A DNA stretch of 64,000 nt from Octopus sinensis (GCF_006345805.1 NC_043008.1:7688001-7752000); one strand, 5' to 3'. Counted from the stretch's first letter, positions 22,032 through 36,079 are shown. Notes: generated by a model from the letters alone, not told the origin. Numbers and translations are program-made.

Positions 22032-23252
22032 CTACAAAATTAGAGAATGGAGAAACATACTTAAATCAATAAAACATCAACTATCCGATGATACCCAATC
22101 AATACTTTAATACACCATTACATATGAGTAAAGGCATTATATAAAATGAGATATACAGTAATAGTAAAAAGATAAAGAGATATATATACATATAACTATG
22201 TGTGTATGTGCGATTGATCTGTAGATGCGTGTGTGAATATTGGCTTTTCCGTGACTAACCAACCGTATAATTTTCTTTTGTGATTTAAATTTCAAACCAA
22301 TAGCCAATCGAATTAATCTAAATTTTCTTTACCTAGTGATCAGCATTTCTAAACTCATAGTTATTTCGATCTTGAAAGGATGGACTTGGTGCTAACTTAA
22401 CTGTATCTATTATTATTATTATTATTAATATTAATAGTAATTTTTATTAACTTTCATAGCTTTAGAATTTTATGAACTGAACCATGGTTTTAATTATTAT
22501 TTTTCATCTCCCTATGTGTTAGTTTTTTTTAAAAAAACTATTAGCCAAATATGTATAATATCGGTACTTATTAATATTAGTATATACACTGATATTATTT
22601 TTGTTTTATTTTGTTCTGTTTACCTTCCTTTATTGTACCAATAAGTATTATATTATATAAGTGTAGCATTATGATGTATAAGTTTTTTATTTTTTATATT
22701 TTAATTTTTTATATTTTTATATTTATATGTATATGGTTTATTATATTTTTCACAATTATAACAATTTAATTTAATTCTCTGAAGAGGCCGTGGGGCATCC
22801 TTGTTAATGCCTCATTTATACCTGCCTTTATGGCTTAGAGGTTAAATGAGGTATGACTGCCCACACTGCCGAAACAGCTGTCAGTTTTGATTTAATTGCA
22901 TATTATATTTGAAAATTTTTTACTTATATCTCTTTATCTTTTTACTATTACTGTATATCTCATTTTATATAATGCCTTTACTCATATGTAATGGTGTATT
23001 AAAGTATTGATTGGGTATCATCGGATAGTTGATGTTTTATTGATTTAAGTATGTTTCTCCATTCTCTAATTTTGTAGTATTAATTTACGGTAATATTATT
23101 ACCTTTACCCATATAATACAATAGATGAACTGATTGTTTGACAATTTTTAACATCTATGTATTAATCTTGTTGGGTACCTATCTGGCAGTATATTGGATA
23201 TATATTATCCCATGGTGGGTTGAATTTTCAACCCCTATCTCATTTTATAACC
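22031..23252 (+). mobile_element. ORF-less PLE-like insertion with a 154-bp inverted segment and an HHR
   Basis: 22031-22184 is the reverse complement of 22925-23078; HHR at 22771-22890; (TA)n on both sides. Confidence 0.75.
22771..22890 (+). ncRNA. Type I hammerhead ribozyme with a very long stem II and a weakened stem I
   Basis: CTGAAGA (22779-22785)-GGC...GCC-GAA-ACAGCTGT-C. Palindromic stem III; GUC at 22880-22882. Confidence 0.72.
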
Positions 23253-23299
<47 letters not shown>

Positions 23300-25074
23300 T
23301 GTATGTATGTATGTGTGTATGTATGTATGTATGTATGTATGTATGTATGTATGTATATGTATATGTTTGTGTGTCTGTGCTTTGTGTGTCCAACATCGCC
23401 GCAGTCAAATGACTGAAACAATTAAAAGAAAGAAAAGAATAAAGAATAGATAAATTGTTGACCATATTTTCCAAGACAATTTGTTTTCTTCATTCTTCCA
23501 TGTCTTATGAAACGCTGTCACTGGAGCCAGATCTTATTCTGTGTTATTCACGGCAGATGACACATTTACAACAAGGAAATGATATTTTAACCTACACTAG
23601 CCATGAATAACTTGCAGTTGAATCACCGGTTATTTCCCAATACTTTTCACTCCGTATATGTGGGCACAGAGGTTAGAACAGCATTCATTGTTATTCTTCT
23701 CATGTATATTCTTCACATATCACCAATTTACCCCCAAAATTTCACATGCAAACCACTCTATATTGAATACATTTTTTCCACGTGTTTAGTTCGCGCTACA
23801 CCACTGTATACTAAATGTTAGGTATATAGATCAAATCCTAGTCTACAAAACTAGGAGATCCCTCCCACTGCACACTGTCTTACATCCTAATATAAATCCT
23901 AAATTTCTGATGACATGAGACAAAGTAGATTATGATGGAATTAGTAGTAAATCCATGTGAAGATAAATATTCCCGATAAATATCACACGGGTTTGTTTGA
24001 TTCTCTTGTGTTTACTCCAACTTACACAACGGGTGAACTAAATTCGTTCTCTTTGCAATCGATAAAATAAGTAGAAGTTTTATGAAACGATCAACAGTAC
24101 AACACAGAAAAGACATACAGGGGTTTTATATCTTCAAAATAAACATCAGATTGGGACTCAAATATTGTATATTATTAATTACATATATTCGATTGACGGA
24201 GGTTATTTATGTAGTTAGTAGGCCGAAACTTGCTCACTCCTTAAGCGAGATCTTATCGTATGTATACTTAGCATGCAGAACGTTTCTCTGGGGTATTTTA
24301 AATCCGGCAATATTGCTCATATTCATAATCACTTTCACATAACACCATTCTATTATACCAATAACATTGTAGTAGTGATTATGGAGAAGAATGCGCTTCG
24401 CTGAAGGGTTTTCATAAGACCGAAACATATCCGTTCCAGACATTTTGAAGAACAGATTTTAATTTGCATTGCATTTTGAATTGCGCTGAATAAACGTTTC
24501 TACCAGATGCTCATGTTGGAGATATATTTGATGATATCGCTTTTCAAAATACCTTAGGTCAATTTCTGTTTTCTGACAGTGTGATGAATATCAATTAGTC
24601 CAACGTTTTTCAATTCACTTCATGATGTATGTGAGGTCTTCATATTTTGCAACCAGTTTCGAACAAGGTGCGAGTTCACCTGTAAAGTAACATACATCAT
24701 TATATTAACAGAAAGAGAGATACGCCACAACAGAAGACGAATTAATAATATTGTAAGACTCAAGTATAAGGTAGATGTAATTTATTATCTTTTCGGAGAT
24801 AATAAACTCAACCAGGTTAAATAATGTAATATATATGAAACAGGGAAATATCTGGAGACGAGCTGAACTCATAATTATTTGAAAGTTGGTTATTGTGTAT
24901 GTGTATGCGTGAAGGCGAGTGCGTAAATGTAATTATGAATATTGGAAGATTTAAAGATTTATTAGCAGCAGTGTACAATAGAAAATTTTAACATAGACAC
25001 TTCATATATGTAACGTATTCAGCTCCGAAATTAAATCTGAATTCACAGCCAAACACATCTTAACACTGACGATA

Positions 25075-25292
25075 ATAATGGTTTCAAATTTTGGCACAAG
25101 GCTAGCAGTCTCCCGATGGGTGGGTAAGCTGATTACATTGACTGGTGCTTACTTTACCGACCCGGAAGGGATGAAAGACAAAATTGACGTCGGTGTAATT
25201 TGAACTTAAAACATGAAGACGGACGAAATGCGACTAAGTTTGCTAACGATTCTGCCAGCTAAGTTTGCTAACGATTCTGCCAGCTCGCCGCC
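25075..25292 (-). mobile_element. SINE family B with a short tandem duplication in the head
   Basis: AAGTTTGCTAACGATTCTGCCAGCT present twice. Confidence 0.75.
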
Positions 25293-25328
25293 TTAACACT
25301 GATGGTAATACCTTTTACGACAGTGGGA

Positions 25329-25760
25329 GGCGGCGGGCTGGCACAATCGTTAGGACGGCGAGCAAAATCCATAGCGGCATATGGTCCGTCTTAGCGTTCT
25401 GAGTTCAAATTCTGTCGAGCTTAACTTTGCTTTCCATCCTCTCGAGATGGATAAAATAAATATCAGTCGAGTATTGGGGTCGATGTAATGAACTTTTCTC
25501 CTCCTTCGAAACTGGTGGATTTGTGCTAAAATTTGAAGCCAATATCCTTTAGGGGCAGAATCGTTAGCACGCCGGGAGAAATGCTTAGCGGCATCTCGTC
25601 TGCTTTTATGCGCTGTGTTCAAACAACTCCGAGATCGAGTTTGCCTTTCATCCTTTCGGAGTCAATAAAATAAGTACCAGTTGGCTACTGGGATCGATGT
25701 AATCCCCTTAGTCCCTCTCTGAAATTACTGACATTGTGCCAAAAGTTGAAACCAATATCG
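25329..25760 (+). mobile_element. Two tandem SINE family B copies
   Basis: Heads at about 25329 and 25550 with central blocks. Confidence 0.75.
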
Positions 25761-27243
25761 TTTAAAATAGTAAGGTAGTGAACTAGCACAATTGCTACTA
25801 CACCGGATATCATGTTTTTAATACACTATTTTGGAAAGGATGCATTTTATACCCACGTAGATATATATTTACAAACGTATACGCGAAATGCAGATTTTAT
25901 CTGATATCGAACTCAGTGAGAGAGAACATAGGCATATTTTTTATATCAACAATTCAAAGTCTATTGAGAGTTTCGCACCGTGGTAGGCTGTTCAATACAG
26001 TAGAATGCGGAACGAATCATTGATAAAAAGAAACACAGAACATGAGCACGCACGCACACGCAAAATAGAATGCATTTTCTACAAATTGTTTTGAGAAAAA
26101 TGAAACACGAAAATATTATAATTGTCATTTTCAACCTACACTGCTTAGTGAGGACGACCATGCAAAATGCTACTATGTTGCAATCTCTTGCAGACTGAAA
26201 CCTAATCAAAGGAGGATATAAATATTGTAATAACAAAAAAAAAATAATTTTATATTCATATTACGGTGAAGTTAATGCTGAAGTGAGTGTTAAACGACAT
26301 AGTAATTCGTTTTATTCTTCTCCGTCTCAGATCAAACTGCATCAATGTGAGACTCGAATTTATATCTTCACTGTCGAAATAACATGTAAAAGTCGTATAT
26401 TAAGAGCTCTTCCAGGAAAAATTACATGTGTCTCCTAAATTAAAGATACTCTGATATTATCTGAGACACAAACTAGACACAAAGAAAGTCGAACGAATTG
26501 TGTATGGTAGACTCAGAAATATCATATTTACCCTTTGATGTAGATAATGAAAATTGTCAGATTAAAATAATGATGTGTAGTGGAGGAGAAATGATGATAT
26601 ATCTGTATACATATCTAAATCTAACTATCTATATGTCTATCTGTTTATCTATCTATCATACACTTTAGAAAGTTTATATTAGAGAATATTTCAAACTTCT
26701 TTCTCACGCTGGTTTCAATGTAGCTATCGTTAATTCTCCATTGCTACCACACCGTTATTTTACCATTCTACTCATCTTGCTGATTTTCAATGTAAGCTTT
26801 GTCACTTCAAGTCTCTCTTTCTCTTATCTCTCTCACTTATTCGATTACAACTTTTTTATCTTTCGCTTTTATCGAATCACATCTACTTTTATGCTGTCAA
26901 CTACTTTGTCACATACTTTTACTTTTCTTTTCTAATTCTAACTCTTACATGGTTTTATATAAGAAATATTTCCTTCACAATTATCTGCTTTCCTTTCGAT
27001 TTTCATCTCCATTTAGGTACTTGAATATGGTGGTGATGCTGATTACGATTCTACGTATGCCATGTCGGAAATTTGAGAAAACGATCCTGATTTTATTTAA
27101 TTTATGCAAGCAGGCAATCTTTGCGGATGCATGCTCAAAGTACAGCTATCACCACAAGTATTCTATTTCATACAAAATATGTCTACAAATAATGTTTCCA
27201 TAGAAAATTTCACGGGAATGGAAGTTTTATTAGAAGCATACAT

Positions 27244-27665
27244 AGGCGCAGGAGTGGCTGTGTAGTAAGTAGCTTGTTTACTACCCACATGGTTCCGGTT
27301 TCAGTCCCACTGCATGGCAACTTCGGCAAGTGCCTTCTACTATAGTCTCGAGCCGACCAAAGCATTGTGAGTGGATTTGGTAGGCGGAAACTGAAAGAAA
27401 CCCGTCGGATATATATATATATATATATATATGAACAAAAATGGAGTTAACGCAGGTGTAATCAAATATTTTTACTTTCGACACATGTTTCGAAAATTCA
27501 CTGATACTATTGAAAAGAATAAATGGTATAAACAATGCAATCTTATATATACGGGAAGCTTTATGAAAATAAACAAAGACGAAGGCAGGTGGAAAACAAA
27601 CGAACAATTGTGTTGTATGGAGCTCAGGAAATATAAATAAAACAATCTTATATATATAAAACAAT

Positions 27666-27727
<62 letters not shown>

Positions 27728-27845
27728 TATTGACAACTGATGCTGGTGTGTTTACGTTCCCGTAACCTAGCGATTCGGCAAAAGAGACCGATAGAATAAG
27801 TACTAGGCTCACAAAGAATAAGTCCTGGGGTCGATTTGCTATTTG
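27244..27845 (+). mobile_element. SINE family A (head 27244-27408, partial tail 27731-27845) with insertions in its (TA)n
   Basis: Head and tail match other copies; intervening 27428-27545 and 27552-27670 are other repeats. Confidence 0.8.
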
Positions 27846-28409
27846 GCTATTCGATTGATCAGGAATATAAGCCGGCAAATTTTTATGAGCTTCAAGAAAA
27901 TAGTTAAATCAACAAATTCGTGCTTACTGTTGTTGATTATGAACTAAAAGTGCACTAACTTATAAATTTTAGATATTTACAGGAAGTTCAGTGTCTGCTT
28001 TTGCACAGGCTTCAACTAATAAAAAGAGGCCGCAATGCGGCTTCTTCTTAAATTATATCAACCAGCAAAATGCAACAGCACAAAAGAAATGATTAAAAAG
28101 CATATTTCTCTCTGCGTTGGGAAATTATGTTGTTTGCCCCGAAGGAAAGAACAAGCTTATAATTAGCTGTCTACTCATCTATCTACTTATATAATAAATA
28201 ATTCCCATTCAATTTAGAAGACGAGTACTTCAATTTCCATATCTTACTTCTTTCATGTAATACAATTAACTATAAAGGCAGACAGTTGCTTGAGGGCTTG
28301 ATTTCGAATATTGGTTTCCTTACGGACATAGCTATAGAAGATATTCAAGCATTGTAAAACTCAAAACTCAATATATTTATGCTTCTATAGATAGAACTTG
28401 GGTACATAT

Positions 28410-28710
28410 AGTGTTAGATCATCAATGACCATGGAATTGCACCGAGAAAGTTCACCTCCGAGGAACAAATCAGGGTAAGGTTGTATATGGGAGACCAGCA
28501 TTGACCCATGCATACCAGCCTCCTTTCTTCACGCCACCGGTGGAAAAGGGAAAGGCAAAGACAAGGGCAGATATAGCTGGGTACCAGTGACACCGCAACT
28601 CGTATCTACATATGAGTGAACTGAAGTAACGGGAAATAAAGTGACTTGCTCAAAAAGAACAGCCGGTCCAAGCTGAGCCCATTGGAAACCCGAGAAGCGA
28701 ATACTTTGGA
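28410..28710 (-). mobile_element. Degenerate CORE-like SINE
   Basis: Minus strand TGAGCAAGTCACTTTATTTCCCGTTACTTCAGTTCACTCA resembles the central block of family C. Confidence 0.5.
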
Positions 28711-29316
28711 AGTAAAAAAGTTTCCATTCACCAAAATATACCTGGTACAGCTCCGTAATTATTATGTCTCAGTTCCACTAAATTTTAAAGTTTTTGAATA
28801 GTACCATGAATGATTTATTTCCCGAAATTCCAACAGAAATAGTTTTCGTGAAATTAATTCAAGAGTTCAATATATAAACAAAACAATATATTCAATCATA
28901 ATTTCAAATAAACTACAACGGTTCTGCGTGTCTTGATCTTGGACTCTCATATGGTGCATGTCATCAAATTGAGAGAACTGCACAGTTCCAGAACATAACG
29001 TCGACATACCATTATCACACACACACACACAAGCACAAAAACGTACATACATTCGCTCACTACGACATAACATTAGAGGTCAATTCAGTGATGAACTCTG
29101 CTTTGCAAAATCAACCACATTGTAAGACGGATGTCCGCTCCATGTGCCATTCACGATTTCTGTTTTACTTTTTTTGTTTTTCTTTTGTATTTTTGTTCTA
29201 AAATATTACTCCCAACTCATCAGGTGCATCCCCGCTCTTCTTTATACAATTCAACGATCCTTTTTTTTTCTGCAGATAAGCATAAAGTTTTTCAGAGAGT
29301 CCAACCCATGTATCAT

Positions 29317-29526
29317 TGGAGGCGCGTGGCTTAGTGATTAGATTGTTGGACTCGTGATCATAAGATTGTGGTTTCGATTCCCGACCGGGCTTAATGAATA
29401 CTTCATTTCACGCTGCTCTAGTTCAGCAAAGATGAGAAATCCTACAAAGGACCGGCGTCCCGACCAGATGGCGAATATATACACCATGAAACCCAGAAAC
29501 CGGCCTTTATGAGTCGGTATGACTCG
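29317..29526 (+). mobile_element. SINE family C
   Basis: TGGCTTAGTGATTAG A box, GGTTTCGATTCC B box. Confidence 0.75.
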
Positions 29527-29755
29527 ACGAGCTGGCAGATATGTTAGCACGCCGGGTGAAATGCGCAGCCGTAAGTCGTCTGCCGTTACGTTCTGAGTTC
29601 AAATTCCACCGAGGTCGACTTTGCCTTACATCCTTTCGGGGTCGATTAAATAAGTACCAGTAAATCACTAGGGTCGATATAATCGACTTAATCTCCTTGT
29701 CTGTCCTTGTTTGTCGCCTCTATGTTTTGCCCCCTGTCGGCAATAAAGAAATAAA
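29527..29755 (+). mobile_element. SINE family B
   Basis: Family B body ending CAATAAAGAAATA. Confidence 0.85.
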
Positions 29756-30299
29756 TATAACTTTACTTAAATTACTAACCTAGGTATCACACAACTGTAT
29801 GATTGTATATGTTAGGAAATCCTTTTGTGTTCATATTGATGATGTGGAGTGGATTTTGATCCCCTGCATTCATATTTACCCTTAAATGTTTTATCTTTTA
29901 TTTGTACATGACTCATATGCCGCTTTATTTTTTAAATTACTATAATTTCTTTCCTCTTCGTTTATTTTTTATTGACCTTATTTATATATTCAAAGATTTC
30001 AAAGTTGTTTTAATTGTTACGACGTGTTTTGTGCTACATACTTCCTTGATATCAACTCTCACCAAAACAGCAAATTAATGATCATCCATACTTAAATTCG
30101 TGCATCTAAATATATTTAATGTTAAATATTTAAGAGTTACAACTTTTCCCAGGCCAGAATTGCTATTTACTTGAAATCTATGACAACGCCATCTTCCTTG
30201 CTTGAACGTAACCCAAGAAGGAGACATTTCATCCAGTAAATGAAGAAAATATATACAAATTCATTGGTGAGGGATGTCGCACAACTTTCTATTCAAAAC

Positions 30300-30414
30300 A
30301 AATAATAATAATAATAATAATTATTATTATTATTATTATCATTATTATTATAATTATAATTATAATAATAATAATAATAATTATTATTATTATCATTATT
30401 ATTATAATTATAAT

Positions 30415-30455
<41 letters not shown>

Positions 30456-31630
30456 TAATAATAATAATAATAACAACAACAACAGTAGAAAAATCAAAAC
30501 AATCAACAATTACAAAAAGAAGAAGAAAAAGAAGAGAGAAGAGAGAAGAAGAAGAAAAAGAAAAAGAAAAAAAGAAGAGAGAATAATAATAATAATAAGA
30601 AGAAGAAGAACAAGAAAAAGAAGAAAGAAGTGGAGAGAAGAAGAAGAAGAGAAGAAGAAGAAATAAAGAAGAAGACAGAAGAAGAAGAAGAAGAAGAAGA
30701 AGAGGAAAAAGAAGAAGAAAATAAGAAGAGAGAAGAAAAACAAGAAGAAGAAAAGAAGCAGAGAGAAGAAGAAGAGAAGAAGAAGAAGAAGAAGAAAAGA
30801 AGCAGAGAGAAGAAGAGAAGAGAAGAAGAAGAAGAAGAAGAAGAAGAAAAAGAAGAAGAAGAAGAAGAAGAAGAAGAAGAGAGAAGAAGAAGAAGAAGAA
30901 AAAGCAGGAGAAGAAGAAGAAGAAGAAGAAAAGAAGAAGAGAGAAGAAGAAGTAGAAGAAAAAGCAGAAGAAGAAGAAGAAGAAGAAGAAGAAAAAGCAG
31001 AAGAAGAAGAAGAAGAAGAAGAAGAGAGAAGAAGAAGAAGAAGAAAAAGCAGGAGAAGAAGAAGAAGAAGAAGAAAAGAAGAAGAAGAAAAGAAGGAGAA
31101 GAAGAAGAGAAGAAGAAGAAAAGAAGAAGAATAAGAAAAGAAGAGGAAGAAGAAGAAGAAGAGAAGAAGAAGAAAAGAAGAAGAATAAGAAAAGAAGAAG
31201 AAGAAGAAGAGAAGAAGAAGAAAAGAAGAAGAAGAAGAAAAGAAGAAGAAGAAGAAAAGAAGAAGAAGAAAAGAAGAAGAAGAAAAAGAAGAAGGGAAGA
31301 AGAAGAAGTAAAGAAGAAGAAGAAGAAAAATAAGAAGAAGGGGAAGAAGAAGTAAAGAAGAAGAAGAAGAAAAATAAGAGGAAGAAGAAGAAGAAAAGAA
31401 GAAGAATAAGAAAAGAAGAAGAAGAAGAAAAGAAGAAGAAGAAAAAGACGAAGGGGAGAAGAAGAAGAAAAGAAGAAGAAGTAGAAAAATAAGAAGAAGG
31501 GGAAGAAGAAGTAAAGAAGAAGAAGAAGAAAATAAGAGGAAGAAGAAGAAGAAAAGAAGAAGAAGAAGAGGAAGAAGAAAAAAGAAAAAGAAGAAGAAGA
31601 AGCAGAAAAGAAGAAGAAGAAGAAATAAGT
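30300..31630. repeat. (AAT)n/(TAT)n followed by about 1.1 kb of imperfect (AAG)n
   Basis: Seen directly. Confidence 0.97.
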
Positions 31631-32484
31631 AAGAGACGATGAAGAAACTAATGATAAACAGTAATACCTGATATTGACGTTTGTTGAGGGCGTTTTATGC
31701 CGAACAATTGCAGTGCGAGTTCACTGTTTGGGTTGTTATTGGCAGAGTATTGGCTGTAAATAGGAAATTTCCTGTTTTCTTGCTGTAGTTGCATTACTTT
31801 AAATAATCTCATAAATATTACATTAAGAACTCCATCAATATCGCAGTGTATATAGAATCCCTTTTCAAAAAGTTATCATTTCACACATGGAATCGATAAC
31901 TGCCACATCGAATATAACAGATAAACCAGATGCATTAGTTACGCGGCTTTTATAACAAAGCTATTTGAACTGTAAACAAAGCTGTAGATATTACGATCAA
32001 ACAGGTTGTTACGGAATTTCAGCAAGATCATGGTTGACTGCATTGTTGTAAAGGGTGCTGAGAGTTGAAACAACAGATTCTGTACCTCTTGCTTATTATA
32101 TTTAGCATTACAAGGAGAAGCACGAATCGGTTTTCATATCCAATATGCGCATTCTGAGAGATTTATTACCGCAATCAATGCTATATCTATCGCGTAATAT
32201 AATTACTCAGTGATGTATTTTAAGCGGCTCCACTATCTCGCATCGAACACTTGTGGATATATATTATTTAAGATATACGAAGAAGCTTCTGAGAATAATA
32301 ATAATAATAATCTGTTGACGTTTGTGTACCGTAAAATTCCTTCATTTCTATTTCACCTTCTATTGCAAATGTATTACTTCTTTTCCTTACACAAACTGTA
32401 ACAAGATTGCTATCGATCCAGTGTATGTTTTTTTTTTAATTGACCATCAAAGACAACTATGTTTCATGCATGTATACATACACG

Positions 32485-32540
<56 letters not shown>

Positions 32541-32588
32541 TATACACATATAAATATACCTATATATAGGTATATATATATATATGTA

Positions 32589-32625
<37 letters not shown>

Positions 32626-32647
32626 TATATATACCTATATATAGGTA

Positions 32648-32698
<51 letters not shown>

Positions 32699-32779
32699 GT
32701 ATATGTATATATATTATATATATATATATACACACACACACCTATATATATAAGTATATGTATATCTATATTTTATTAT

Positions 32780-32827
<48 letters not shown>

Positions 32828-33888
32828 CTATACACATATATACATATATAAATATACACACTATAGTAATATATACATATATAAATAATATACATATACA
32901 CACTATAGCAATATTCAGTATCTCTAATGTAATATATTTTCGTCGTTTAAATAGTTACGTATCAAAGTTCACTTTGAATATTAACCACACAAAACGAGAA
33001 ATTGAATCCCCTAAACAGACAAGAATTTAGAAAAAAGGCTAGAAAATATTTCGTCTTATATTCATAGATAATAAAATAATCGAGTCATCTTCATGATCCA
33101 TTATCAGAGCTATAGAAATCACAAACAAATAATTGTCCTATATGTCTTAGCTTAAAATGGTATTGAATATTAATTCAAAATATACGTTAGAGAATCAACA
33201 AAAATACATCTAAATATTTATAACGAGAGCGAAGAATTTATTTAAACAAATGTAACACAACATTCAAACAAATTAGTCCGTGTATCATTTCTGATTTAGA
33301 AAATTATCCATAAATTCATAATGGCGTGTAATGTAACAATTTGCATTGAGCCTCTTTCTCTAACCGTTGAGCCTCTTTCTCAACAAATTACATAGAGGGT
33401 ATTCTAAAACATCGTTGCGAATGAAGCACACTTTTAGATCTGTCAATATTCGTTTATCAGATATTTGCCATGGAAAAAATTCTCGCTTTAGGCAACAGTT
33501 GTTAACTAGGTCCTGATGTGAGATGAGTGGGTAGAAACGCATCCATCAGTCTACTGAGAGCACTCTGAAATGACTAATCATATTTTTAACACATGCTGCT
33601 TAAGGTAAAAAATGTTCTTCGCGGCAAGCCAAACTGAAAATGGAGTTTTTTTTAATGAGTAAACTATGTCACAAAAATATTTAACTGATATAAACGTTTC
33701 TTTTATTCATGGCACCGCTTTTGTGTGTCCATATATATTTTGTTATAAGGTGGTCCTTAATACGTAGGTTACTACTGATTTACTATGAGGCTACCATAGC
33801 TCACACAATCCCCACAAAGTTGTCTATCTTGTAGTAGCCGTCGCAAATCATAGCCGGATAGATAGTAATGCATGTCATGATCATCATC

Positions 33889-33934
<46 letters not shown>

Positions 33935-33965
33935 TTAGTTATCTATACCTACATTCATACATACC

Positions 33966-34196
33966 TATTTCTTTATTACCCACAAGGGGATAAACATAGA
34001 GAGGACAAACAAGGACAGACAACGGTATTAAGTCGATTATATCGACCTCAGTGCGGAACCGGTACTTAATTTATCGACCCCGAAAGGATGAAAGGCAAAG
34101 TCAACCTCGGCGGAATTTGAACTCACAACGTAACGACAGACGAAATACCGCTAAGCATTTCATCCGGTGTGCTAACGTTTCTGCCAGCTCACCGCC
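33966..34196 (-). mobile_element. SINE family B
   Basis: Reverse complement of the family B body. Confidence 0.88.
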
Positions 34197-34408
34197 TTAT
34201 ATACCTACATTCATACATACATTCACACACACACACACACACAATGTTGTAAGAGCTGGGCCAGGCAGCTCCTACCTGGTCGAAAGCCATGCTGGGTATC
34301 ACTCTGCAAGTTTATACATTTAAAATATTTGACTAAAGTGACCAATTATGGACTAAACTCTTTAAAGATATCTGTTGGGTGTTCAGATATTAGAACTATA
34401 ATGGAATG

Positions 34409-34794
34409 TGGAAGCACTCCGTCGGTTACGACGACGAGGGTTCCGGTTGATCCGAATCAACGGAACAGCCTGCTCGTGAAATTAACTTGTAAGTGGCTGA
34501 GCACTCCACAGATACGTGTACCCTTAACGTAGTTCTCGGGGATATTCAGCGTGACACAGAGAGTGACAAAGCCGGCCCTTTGAAATACAGGTACAACAGA
34601 AACAGGAAGTAAGAGTGAGAGAAAGTTGTGGTGAAAGAGTACAGCAGGGATCACCACCATCCCCTGCCGGAGCCTCGTGGAGCTTTAGGTGTTTTTCGCT
34701 CAATAAACACTCACAACGCCCGGTCTGGGAATCGAAACCGCGATCCTCTGACCGCGAGTCCGCTGCCCTAACCACTGGGCTATTGCGCCTCCAC
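34409..34794 (-). mobile_element. tRNA-derived SINE family D, full length
   Basis: Minus-strand head GTGGAGGCGCAATAGCCCAGTGGTTAGGGCAGCGGACTCGCGG; near-identical to 44444-44817. Confidence 0.88.
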
Positions 34795-35429
34795 AGAACT
34801 ATAATATATTCTATTGCGATGACACTTGTAGAAATTGGACATACGTTTATGTATGCGAAATAGCATTCTCTGCTCCATACTTCAAAGTGCTAAAATAAAT
34901 ATCAAGATGCGTTAAATACATTTTATGAACATGACAGATAAGACCTGCTTTCTATTTATTGATGATGTTATCTCGTTGTGTCTGCTTACCAGTCTATATA
35001 GCTGTGAAATGTCTATTTAATCATATGCATGCGTATATTAGGAAGCTGTTGATTTGTTCTAGAATTTAGCGTATCAGCTAAAAACATTGTCACCTTCATA
35101 AATATTTTGAAATGAAGACATTAAAGAGAAGTGTTAATATTTCTAATGTTTAATTGTGTTCAACTACGTCAATATACTTTCCATAATTGCTTCATTAATA
35201 TGAAGGAGAGGACAAACGCAGGAAGTGATTGATGTTAAAATTATGATGACGTACAAAGATATACGATGGAATTTGGTACTCTTGATTTAAAGTATGACAT
35301 GAATATCTTAATACTATACCGACAAAAGATATTCCAATAAAATATGTTCTAATAGAAAATCCATGTTTAACTGCGGATGAATGCTATCTCTAAGATATGA
35401 TGGGTCAGCAAAGGTCTACGGACAATCAC

Positions 35430-35482
<53 letters not shown>

Positions 35483-35766
35483 TATATATATATATATTAA
35501 TAATGAAATAAAACATATGCATATATATAAACATATATGTACGTACCTACCTCTACATGTACATATACACGCATATATGAGTACAGGACACCAAAGGGAC
35601 GTCGAACACAAAGAGAAACGAAAACATAGTCACAAACCAAAGGAACTGGACATTTTTTTAAAAACAACAAAAAATGGAATAAAGGACAATTAACACAACG
35701 AAAAAACCCCTTCTTCAGTCGCTAAGGTTTCATCTACCCTCTCTCTCTATATATATATTGAATTAT

Positions 35767-35979
35767 GGATCGTCGTTAAGGTCAAAACAGTGCGAAGTAA
35801 ATGCAAGGTAAATCACAAGAAGACAAATATGTAAATTAAAGTTGATTTACCTTGTTTTCAATATTTCGGGGTTATTAGCCCATTTTCTAGAAATATTGAA
35901 TACAAGGTAAGTCTACAGTAATTCATATACTTGTTTTCTTCTGATTCTCTTCACACTGTTTTAGCCTAACCCACGATCC
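35767..35979. repeat. 213-bp imperfect fold-back (nested inverted repeats)
   Basis: 35844-35867 pairs with 35890-35913; 35767-35797 pairs with 35949-35979. Confidence 0.75.
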
Positions 35980-36030
35980 TGTATACAGTACATTCTACAC
36001 AGTGCTTCAGAATAATTATTCCATTATAAC

Positions 36031-36079
<49 letters not shown>

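Noticed and set aside
24398-24435. CTGAAG-GGTTTT-cat-AAGACC-GAAACATAT hammerhead-like string
   Set aside because: A9 missing, no stem I or cleavage triplet, not next to (TA)n; at most a heavily decayed relic
35700-35735. Minus-strand GAAAC...CTGAAGAAGGGG
   Set aside because: Core halves in the wrong order and only 8 nt apart; cannot fold as an HHR
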